NCBI GenBank assembly: GCA_046757665.1
Contig: JBHHYO010000064.1
Coordinates: 1-16,094, forward strand
From: Nitrospinales bacterium
GTDB taxonomy: Bacteria; Nitrospinota; Nitrospinia; Nitrospinales; JAJDAT01
Direction of reading: 5' to 3'
DNA: 16,094 nucleotides
Each line of letters opens with the position of its first letter. The first letter of the stretch is position 1. Of the stretch, positions 1-6,937 are shown piece by piece. The notes under the pieces were generated by a model. The model did not search any database, was not told the origin of the DNA, and saw only the letters and a program-made list of their open reading frames with translations. Made by a program: the position numbers and the translations under genes.

Positions 1-448
1 CGGACAGGAGGCTGATGTATTCGTCGAAATCGCCGATGGCGCCGACGATTTTTTCCATGGCGTCCCAGGCTTCGCGGCCGCGGTACACGCGGTTTTTGCC
101 GAGGTCGTAAAGCAGGGTTTCGCCCTGGTCGCGGATGAACACGCCTTGCGGCCTGCCGAAAACGTCCAGGGTGTCGAGGCGCAGGGAGTCGTCGCCCATG
201 ACCAGCAGGGCCTGCTTGAAGGAGTGCGACTGTTTATTTTTGGTGACGGTGGCGCGGACGAACGACTTGATGTCGATCAGCCCGGCGCGGCGGGCGACCA
301 GGGTTTGAAACAAAAATTCCGGGGCGATGGTTTCCTGGCTCAGGTGCGGGGCGGTATAGGCCGGCGGGCGCGCGGACGGGGTTTGGCACGCGGCCAGCCA
401 CAAGACCAAGAGGCACAGCAAACAGAGCCGCCGGGAACCGGCCTGCAT
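1..448 (-). CDS. Lipoprotein, LolB/LolA-fold-like (DUF4292-like); 3' end runs off the window
   Basis: Not in the ORF track; translated by hand from ATG 448: MQAGSRRLCLLCLLVLWLAAC-QTPSARPP...KSFVRATVTKNKQSHSFKQALLVMGDDSLRLDTLDVFGRPQGVFIRDQGETLLYDLGKNRVYRG... There is a canonical lipobox LAAC (Cys at 386-388), and the 'LRLD.LD.FG.P' beta-strand pattern resembles LolB-like proteins. An in-frame GTG at 514 is an alternative start. The family call is by recognition only. Confidence 0.7.
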   Translation of the reverse strand, partial: MQAGSRRLCLLCLLVLWLAACQTPSARPPAYTAPHLSQETIAPEFLFQTLVARRAGLIDIKSFVRATVTKNKQSHSFKQALLVMGDDSLRLDTLDVFGRPQGVFIRDQGETLLYDLGKNRVYRGREAWDAMEKIVGAIGDFDEYISLLS

Positions 449-521
449 AACGGGTGCGCGCCGGGCGGCATCGGGTTCGGATTGGGGTTTGAGGATTCCT
501 GGGGCTCGCGGCACGTGGGAG

Positions 522-2843
522 TCAGAAGCTGGTTTTCAGGAGGTTGTTGAGTTTGTTGATTTTCTCTTCCAGGGTTTTGGGGTCGGGCAGTTCGACGTCA
601 TTCTCTTCCTGGCTTTTTTTGCGGGTCAGGGACAGGCTGGTTTTCCAGGCTCTGCCGGCCTCTTTGTAATTTTTGAGCGCAAACTGGATGTCGCCCAGGT
701 GGTTATAAATCACGGCGTCGGGGGAGGTGTAGATCATGGCTTTTTTAATTTCGGCCAGCGCCCGCCTGGTCTCGCCCTTGCGGAAATAAATCCACCCCAG
801 GCTATCCAGAAAATAGCCGTTTTGCGGTTGCACGGCGAGGGCCTTTTCCAGATGGTCGACGGCCTGGTCCAACTGTTCTCCTTTGATGGCGTACAGGTAC
901 CCGATGAAGTTATGGGCGTTGGAGTGCCGGGAGTCAATCTCGAGCACCTTGTGCATGGTCTCGATCGCTTCGTCCACCCGGCCAACCTGCTCCAGAAGCG
1001 CACCCAGCTCGAAATAATAGGCGGGGTTGTCCTGGTCGAGTTCGAGGGCCTTGCGGATATACTGAATCGCCCGGTCCGGCTGTTTCTGCGCCATGTATGC
1101 CAGGGAAAGCGAACGGTAAATCCGGTCGTTGTCGGGATAAAGGCGCGCGGCGGTTTGCAGAACCTTGATGGCTTCGCCGGTTTCTTCGTTCAGGTGGTAC
1201 ATGCGCGCCAGCTGGAGCAGAATCTCCACGGATTCCGGTTCCTGCTTGAGCAGGACATTCAGTTCATCGATCGCTTTTTTATAGTTTTGGAAAATCTCAT
1301 AAATTCTTGCGATGAGGAGGCGGACGTTCTTTTTTTCCTCCTGGGCCAGGACCAGGCGGAAATCTTCCAGGGCGGCCGTGTAGCGGGTCTGTTCAAAGAA
1401 GATCATCCCCATTTTCAGGTAGAGGCTGGAATCCCCCGGCAACGGGCCGGCGAATTCCTCGGTTGAGGGGATATCCTGTTCGCCGCTGTTTATCTGTTTC
1501 AACTGCTGGAACTGTTCCCGGAAGCGGGTGTTTTCCGGGTCGAGTTTCATGAGGATGTTGTATTCTTCCGCGGCTTCCTTGAAATTGCCCGTTTTTTCCA
1601 GGACCCATGCGAGAAGGATTCTGGAATCGCGCAAGCTGGGTCTGAGGGCGAGGGTTTTTTTAAGAGCTTGCTCGGCCTTCGCGTACTGGCTGTTCAAGGC
1701 GTAGTTGCGGCCCAGCAAATGAAACGCCAGGGAATTGGTGGGGTCCACCAGGGTTGCCTTGTTCAGGGTTTTTTCGGCTTTCGCGTGGTTTTTTTCCTTG
1801 CCGTAGATGAGTCCGGACAGCAGTAAGGCGCGGGTGTTGTGTGGCGAGGCGGGAATTTTCTCGAGATAGGCAAGCGCCTCCCGGTTTTCGCCGCGCGCGG
1901 CGAGGACCTCCGCCAGAAGGAGCATGAGTTTGGCGTTTTCCGGAAACCGTTCGAGGCCGTTTCGGCAAACGGCGATTACTTGATCGGTTTTTCCGTCGCG
2001 CAGATAAAGATGCGCCAGTTTGGGGTAGAACTTTTCGGTGGCGGGGTCATGGGCAATGACCCGGCGGTAATGCCCGGCGGCGTTGCCGAAATTTCCCACC
2101 CGCTCCTCTCTGAGGGCCAGGAGGAAATTGTAGTACGCTTCGGGGTCCTTGTGTTGTGGGGGGCTCTGGTTCTGCTGTAACGCCAGCGCTTTTTTCAAAT
2201 ACTGCTCGCTACGTTCGCGGATTCGCCGGGCGGCGGCCTGCGGGTTGTCCGCCTGGCGGTAGGAGCCGGCAATGCCGTTGGCCGGGGTTTTCTTGTAAGC
2301 CACCATCCGGACGGGGGCCGGTTTATAGACCACTTTTTTTACGATGTACGTTCCGGAGGGGTAGGTGGTTCCGAGTTGATAGCTGGAGTCGGCCGACGCA
2401 CAGCCGATGGCGAAGCTCAACAAGCTCAAGGCCGCCATGGTGTGCCGGACGCGGGGTTTGCGGGCGCGGCGGCGCGTGTTTTTCGCGGACGCGGGCCGGG
2501 GCGCCGGGGTTTCCCGGCCGGCGCCGGACGTTGTGCCGCCTTCACGAAACGTCAGGCGGCTCACCAGGGTTTCTCCGGCGCGGCGGTTGAGTTCGCTGAT
2601 GATATCTTTTTCCAGGCTCTCGAAAGCCGCGACCCAGCTTTTGTCCGCCACCCGGACGTGCAGGGTCCGCGACGCCAGCCGGTCGATCCGGGACACCGCC
2701 GCCAGCCGGCGGCCAACGGTGAGGGTCCAGTGAAAGTTCAATTGATCGAGGGCGCGGGGGGCGTCAATTTTCGCCAGGGATCGGGACAGCAGTTCACTCA
2801 TGTTGACCCAGTTGCCGGTTTGTTTCGGGAGTCGTTCCATCAT
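522..2843 (-). CDS. Fusion of an N-terminal DciA/DUF721-like domain, an internal lipoprotein signal (AIG-C148) and a long TPR array (LbcA/PA4667-like)
   Basis: 773-aa ORF. Residues ~11-101 fit the DUF721 pattern (W...VG..LA......L....LHV.V....W......L...II..LN...G...V..L.F). Residues 121-148 are basic then hydrophobic and end in a lipobox. Residues ~235-750 are tandem TPRs ending with AHNFIGY.YA...LDSLGWIYFRKG...IYNHLGDI. Confidence 0.85.
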   Translation of the reverse strand: MMERLPKQTGNWVNMSELLSRSLAKIDAPRALDQLNFHWTLTVGRRLAAVSRIDRLASRTLHVRVADKSWVAAFESLEKDIISELNRRAGETLVSRLTFREGGTTSGAGRETPAPRPASAKNTRRRARKPRVRHTMAALSLLSFAIGCASADSSYQLGTTYPSGTYIVKKVVYKPAPVRMVAYKKTPANGIAGSYRQADNPQAAARRIRERSEQYLKKALALQQNQSPPQHKDPEAYYNFLLALREERVGNFGNAAGHYRRVIAHDPATEKFYPKLAHLYLRDGKTDQVIAVCRNGLERFPENAKLMLLLAEVLAARGENREALAYLEKIPASPHNTRALLLSGLIYGKEKNHAKAEKTLNKATLVDPTNSLAFHLLGRNYALNSQYAKAEQALKKTLALRPSLRDSRILLAWVLEKTGNFKEAAEEYNILMKLDPENTRFREQFQQLKQINSGEQDIPSTEEFAGPLPGDSSLYLKMGMIFFEQTRYTAALEDFRLVLAQEEKKNVRLLIARIYEIFQNYKKAIDELNVLLKQEPESVEILLQLARMYHLNEETGEAIKVLQTAARLYPDNDRIYRSLSLAYMAQKQPDRAIQYIRKALELDQDNPAYYFELGALLEQVGRVDEAIETMHKVLEIDSRHSNAHNFIGYLYAIKGEQLDQAVDHLEKALAVQPQNGYFLDSLGWIYFRKGETRRALAEIKKAMIYTSPDAVIYNHLGDIQFALKNYKEAGRAWKTSLSLTRKKSQEENDVELPDPKTLEEKINKLNNLLKTSF

Positions 2844-2933
2844 TCAATTCATGGGTTGCCGGTGACCGGTAAAACCGGAGACCGCAGGCGTTGGGCGAAA
2901 CTTTTTCCGCCGGGATGTCGTTTGCCTTGTGAA

Positions 2934-2966
2934 AATTATTTTAGCCACATTGAGGGGCAAGTTAAA
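2934..2966 (-). promoter_or_regulatory. Putative sigma70-type promoter for the DciA-TPR/lipoprotein genes
   Basis: AT-rich patch in the recN-TPR spacer. The minus strand reads TTAACT-16nt-TAAAAT, or alternatively TTGCCC-16nt-TAATTT. Confidence 0.35.
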
Positions 2967-3005
2967 GTTTTATTTTGGCTTGGCGGCGGATGCGCGGCTC
3001 GGCGG

Positions 3006-4703
3006 TCAGCCGGGTTTGACCATTTCGCGGGCGTGTTGGCGCGTGGTTTCGGTGATTTTCTCCCCGCCGGACATGCGGGCGATTTCCTCGATGCGGTCCT
3101 CGAGGCTCAGTTCGCGGATGGAGGTGCGGGTTCTTTTGCCTTCCACTTGCTTGTGGATGGAGAAATGGGTGGCGGCCATTCCGGCGATCTGCGGCAGGTG
3201 GGTGACGCAGAAGACCTGTCGGCGCGCGGCGATTTGCTTGAGCCGGACGCCGACTTTTTCCGCCACCTTGCCGCCGATGCCGCTGTCCACTTCATCGAAG
3301 ATCAGCACGGGCACGGGGTCCTGCTCGTTCAAGATGGTTTTCAAGGCCAGCATGACGCGGGACAATTCGCCCCCGGAGGCGATTTTGGCCAGCGGGCGCA
3401 GGTCTTCGCCGGGGTTGGGCGAGAAGAGAAACTCCATGACGCCCAGGCCGTCGGGCGTCACCCGCACCGTGTCGCCGCGGAAGGTGACGAAGCCGTCGGG
3501 GTCGGGCTCGTAGTTGAAGCGGGCGCCGAAGCGGGTTTTGGGCATGTTCAATTCGCGCAATTCCTTTTCGGCGCTCTTTTGCAGTCTGGCGGCGGCTTTT
3601 TCCCTTTTTTCGGCAAGCGCCACCGCCTGTTTGGCCAGCGTTTGCCGCCGCCGCGCCAGGTCCGCCGTCAAGGCCTCGACCCTTTCCTGATTCGAGGACA
3701 GGGCCTGCAACTCGGCGGCAATCTGCTCGCGGGACTCCAGGACGGCCGGGATGTCGCCGCCGTACTTGCGCTTGAGGGTATTGATTTCCGCCAGGCGGTC
3801 GTCGATTTCCTCCAGCCGCTCGGGTTGAAAAACGTTGTCCCGGCCGTAAGCGCGAAGGGTTTCCACGAGGTCTTCCACCTCGTAGGACAGCGACTGCGCC
3901 CGGTCGGCGATGGTTTGCAAATCGGGGTCGAGTTGCGCGGGCTGTTTCAGTTCGTGATCCACTTGCCCCAGTTGTTCACGAACGGCGCCTTCATTGTCCA
4001 TGAGCAGGTTGAGGGCACGTTGCAGGGCCTGGTGAGTTTTTTCCGCATTCAGCAACCGGGTTTGCTCGGTCCTCAGGGCGTCTTCCTCGGATGGGGAAAG
4101 GTTGGCCCGGTCGATCTCGTCGAGCTGGAAATTCAGCAGGTCCTCGCGTTGTCGGCGGTCGCGCTCGCGGGTCAGCAGGGATTGGTATTCGCGGTCCAGG
4201 TCGCGGTAATCGGCAAACTCGCGCTCGAAGCGTTCTTTCTCCGGCACGAGGCCGCCGTACAAATCGAGGATGCCGAGGTGGTTTTCGGGGTGCAGGAGGG
4301 TTTGATGGTCGTGCTGGCCGTGGATGTCCACCAGGCGGTTGCCGATTGCCGCCAGGGCGCCGACGGTGATGTTGCCGCCGTTCAGGAAGGCGCGGTTTTT
4401 CTCGCTGAGCGACACTTGGCGTTTGATGATCAGTTGGCCGTCCTCGACCTCGATGCCCAGTTGGCGGACTTGCTCCAGGATACCGGGGTCGTCCACGTAA
4501 AACAGCGCCTCGACGGCGGCGGTCTGCCGTCCGGTGCGGATGTTGTCAGTGTCCGCCCGCCCGCCCAGGGCGAGCGTCAAGGCGTCGATGAGGATGGACT
4601 TGCCGGCGCCGGTTTCGCCGGTGAGGACGTTGAATCCGGGTCGAAACTGGACGGCGAGGTTTTCGATGACGGCGAAATTGGTGATTTTCAGTTCCTTGAG
4701 CAT
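3006..4703 (-). CDS. recN: DNA repair protein RecN (SMC-like ATPase)
   Basis: 565 aa. N-terminal MLKELKITNFAVIE and Walker A TGETGAGKS, HGQHDHQ Q-loop, coiled coil, signature ASGGELSR, Walker B LIFDEVDSGIGG, and VTHLPQIA H-loop. Confidence 0.98.
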   Translation of the reverse strand: MLKELKITNFAVIENLAVQFRPGFNVLTGETGAGKSILIDALTLALGGRADTDNIRTGRQTAAVEALFYVDDPGILEQVRQLGIEVEDGQLIIKRQVSLSEKNRAFLNGGNITVGALAAIGNRLVDIHGQHDHQTLLHPENHLGILDLYGGLVPEKERFEREFADYRDLDREYQSLLTRERDRRQREDLLNFQLDEIDRANLSPSEEDALRTEQTRLLNAEKTHQALQRALNLLMDNEGAVREQLGQVDHELKQPAQLDPDLQTIADRAQSLSYEVEDLVETLRAYGRDNVFQPERLEEIDDRLAEINTLKRKYGGDIPAVLESREQIAAELQALSSNQERVEALTADLARRRQTLAKQAVALAEKREKAAARLQKSAEKELRELNMPKTRFGARFNYEPDPDGFVTFRGDTVRVTPDGLGVMEFLFSPNPGEDLRPLAKIASGGELSRVMLALKTILNEQDPVPVLIFDEVDSGIGGKVAEKVGVRLKQIAARRQVFCVTHLPQIAGMAATHFSIHKQVEGKRTRTSIRELSLEDRIEEIARMSGGEKITETTRQHAREMVKPG

Positions 4704-4767
4704 CGGCTGAGGACACGGGCCGTCCGCCGGGCGGTTCGCAACCGGGAACCGCCGGGGAGGGCCGGGT

Positions 4768-5484
4768 TCAAAATTTTTTCAACAACTGTCTGGCCCGGCG
4801 GCGTTGTTCCCTCAGCTTCGGCGTATCGGGAAACTTTTGCACCGCCCGCAGATAGGCCCGGATGGTGGAACGCGCCGCCTTGGCGTTGCCGGCGGCGTCA
4901 TAAGATTCCGCCAAGAAAAAATAGTTGTCGGCAAATGTCGGTCCGTAACGTACGGCCTGTTTCAGATGCCGGATCGATTTTTTGAAACTGCGGCCCAGTA
5001 GCGCCGGCAGGGCGGCATAATATTTCCCCAAGGCCCGGTGGGCGCCTCCCTGCTCGACGGAAGGGTCGAGGCGGGCGGCTTTTTCCATATTCTTCCGGAA
5101 GGTGGAAATCAGCGACAAACTGCCGAAGACGCCTTGAAGCCGGCCCAGCTTGCCCATGCACAGGGCCTTGAAGTAATAGCCCGCCGCGGCGCGCTTGTTG
5201 AGAGCCAGGGCGCGCTCGGCGCTGTCGCGGCACCGGGTGAAATACTTTTTCTTCTCGCGGTCGGTGACAGCGCGGTTGCCCAGCGAGGCGTACGTGCGCG
5301 CCAGCCGCCACAGCAGGGCGTCCGATTTTTTTTCGGGACTTTGCCGGAGCAGACGCTCGATTTTTTTGTAATCGGCAACGGTGTTGCCCTGACGATGCAA
5401 CCGGTCGATGCTCTCGAGCGGCGCCGCCGACGCCAGGCGCGCCAGGAACAGCCCTGCTAACAGCAAAACAATTTTTCGCCGCAT
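4768..5484 (-). CDS. Secreted TPR/helical-repeat protein (TatT/RMDN-like)
   Basis: 238 aa. Sec signal peptide MRRKIVLLLAGLFLARLASA-A, then TPR-like helices (LLWRLARTY, ERALALN, GYYFKALCMGK, LDP..EQGGAHRALGKYY..LP). Confidence 0.75.
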   Translation of the reverse strand: MRRKIVLLLAGLFLARLASAAPLESIDRLHRQGNTVADYKKIERLLRQSPEKKSDALLWRLARTYASLGNRAVTDREKKKYFTRCRDSAERALALNKRAAAGYYFKALCMGKLGRLQGVFGSLSLISTFRKNMEKAARLDPSVEQGGAHRALGKYYAALPALLGRSFKKSIRHLKQAVRYGPTFADNYFFLAESYDAAGNAKAARSTIRAYLRAVQKFPDTPKLREQRRRARQLLKKF

Positions 5485-5535
5485 AAATTCGGGAACTCAA
5501 TGGAAAAACTTGGCCTGAATGAAATTTAACCACAA

Positions 5536-5563
5536 ATTCTATCACAACCGCCAGCATTATAAA
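5536..5563 (-). promoter_or_regulatory. Putative promoter(s) for the TPR-recN unit
   Basis: Minus strand has an extended -10 TGaTAGAAT (5544-5536) with TTTATA 16 nt upstream of the hexamer. A perfect TATAAT also lies at 5561-5556. Confidence 0.5.
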
Positions 5564-5664
5564 CCGGTCAGGCGCGGCGGCTCAGGATGGAAACGGGCGT
5601 GTCGGGGCTCCGCGCTTTCGATTTCCTCTGGATTCCGCAAGGCGGATTTTGTATTCTTGCAGTT

Positions 5665-6282
5665 ATGCTTGCATTGAAAAACATATTCCGAGTTGCGCTT
5701 CCGGTCTTTTTTCTGTTATTCAGCGGCCCGGCCCTGTCAGCAAACCCCGGGCCGCAGGAAACGGTGAAATCCCTTTTGGAGGTCATTAAAAAAATTAAGA
5801 ACGGCAACGACCTGTCCGCCGAGCAAAAAAAGATCAATCAAAAATATTCGGCGCTGGCGATAACCAAGCTGAATATCCCCGGGGTAGGACGCAGAACCCT
5901 GGGAAAATACTGGAAGCAACGAACGCCCCAGGAACAACGGGATTTCCTGGCCTTGTTGAGCAAATTGTTTCAGGAAGTGGCTTTCCCCAACTCGGGAAAG
6001 TTTTTTGCCGACTTGCAGATCACCTACGGGAAAAGCCGGATTAAAAAAGACCGGGCAATCGTTCCCGTAACCGTGGTCCACAAAGATGAGGGCGAGGTGG
6101 ACATCGATTTCTCTCTCGCCAAAGTCAACGGCAAATGGCTTGTCGTCGAGGTCGTACTCGACGGCGTCAGTATGCGCAATAACCTGCGCTCCCAGTTTTA
6201 CAAGGTCATCCACAAAAACAGTTATCAGGAACTGATCCGGCGGATGAACAAGAAACTGAAAAAAGTCGAGGCGGAGGGATGA
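5665..6282 (+). CDS. MlaC/Ttg2D-family periplasmic lipid-binding (ABC substrate-binding) protein
   Basis: Starting at ATG 5665 gives a signal peptide (MLALKNIFRVALPVFFLLFSGPALS-A). Family motifs: LGKYWKQRTPQEQRDF..LF, IDFSL.KVNGKWLVVEVVLDGVSMRNNLRSQF.KVI....YQELIRRM. The ORF-track start at 5587 is probably too long. Confidence 0.88.
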   Translation: MLALKNIFRVALPVFFLLFSGPALSANPGPQETVKSLLEVIKKIKNGNDLSAEQKKINQKYSALAITKLNIPGVGRRTLGKYWKQRTPQEQRDFLALLSKLFQEVAFPNSGKFFADLQITYGKSRIKKDRAIVPVTVVHKDEGEVDIDFSLAKVNGKWLVVEVVLDGVSMRNNLRSQFYKVIHKNSYQELIRRMNKKLKKVEAEG

Positions 6283-6305
6283 TCAAACCGGAGACGCAAT
6301 AACCG

Positions 6306-6347
6306 GCAGATTGCTGAAAAAGCCAATTGACTTTTTCAGCAATCTGC
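6306..6347. repeat. 42-bp near-perfect palindrome (17-bp perfect arms); probable bidirectional terminator, possibly an IS-end remnant
   Basis: GCAGATTGCTGAAAAAG-CCAATTGA-CTTTTTCAGCAATCTGC, located between the convergent stops of the MlaC-like gene and ispF. Confidence 0.85.
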
Positions 6348-6366
6348 TAACGAATCGATTCTTGGT

Positions 6367-6849
6367 TCAGTCGTTGTTTTCGCGGAGCATGGCCACGGCA
6401 TATGCGGCGATGCCTTCCTCCCGTCCGACGAAGCCGAGCGTTTCGGTCGTTGTGGCCTTGACGTTAACCTGGTCGGCGGGGATATCCAGGGCGGCGGCGA
6501 TATTGGTTTTCATTTGATCGATAAAGGGAGCCAGGCGAGGCTTTTGGGCAACGACAATCGCATCGGTATTGACGATCTGGAACCGGCGTTGCCGGCAGAT
6601 GTCGCCGACTTTTTTCAACAACAACAAGCTGGAAACGTTTTTCCATTTGGGGTCGGAATCGGGGAAATGCCGGCCCAAATCGCCCGCTCCGCAGGCGCCC
6701 AAAACGGCATCGCAAATGGCGTGGAGCAGGGCGTCGGCGTCGGAGTGTCCATCGAGTCCGGCGACATGGGGAATTTCCACGCCGCCGAGGACCAGCTTTC
6801 TTTCTTTCACCAGACGGTGAACGTCATAACCGTTGCCGATTCGGAACAT
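6367..6849 (-). CDS. ispF: 2-C-methyl-D-erythritol 2,4-cyclodiphosphate synthase
   Basis: 160 aa. RIGNGYDVHRL, GHSDADALLHAICDAVLGA, GDLGRHFPD, NVKATTTETLGFVGREEGIAA. Confidence 0.98.
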   Translation of the reverse strand: MFRIGNGYDVHRLVKERKLVLGGVEIPHVAGLDGHSDADALLHAICDAVLGACGAGDLGRHFPDSDPKWKNVSSLLLLKKVGDICRQRRFQIVNTDAIVVAQKPRLAPFIDQMKTNIAAALDIPADQVNVKATTTETLGFVGREEGIAAYAVAMLRENND

Positions 6850-6937
6850 GGGGAGTTTGTCTCAAAAAATGGAAAGTGGAAAACCGGGCGCCGCCCCGCA
6901 AACCTGAAAAACTCCGGGTCCTTGCGGCCGGCGTTCG

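Noticed and set aside
489-1466. 325-aa plus-strand ORF, and the similar antisense ORFs over dxr, uppS, frr, pyrH, tsf, rpsB, pfkA and rimO
   Set aside because: They lie opposite well-supported genes and have the typical antisense amino-acid composition.
2859-2884. Repeated ACCGG/CCGGT units upstream of the DciA-TPR gene
   Set aside because: Short and GC-rich, and CCGG is very frequent throughout this window, so chance is sufficient.
4704-4767. LexA box upstream of recN
   Set aside because: No match to CTGT-N8-ACAG, GAAC-N4-GTTC or GTTC-N7-GTTC. The GTTC/GAAC present belong to the hairpin arms.
2376-4985. 869-aa plus-strand ORF
   Set aside because: Antisense shadow of recN and its neighbours. 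GC-biased codon usage suppresses stops on the opposite strand, and the translation has no recognisable domain.
4898-5557. 219-aa minus-strand ORF overlapping the secreted TPR gene
   Set aside because: Alternative frame with Arg/Pro/Gly-rich low-information sequence. The 4768-5484 frame has the signal peptide and TPR pattern.
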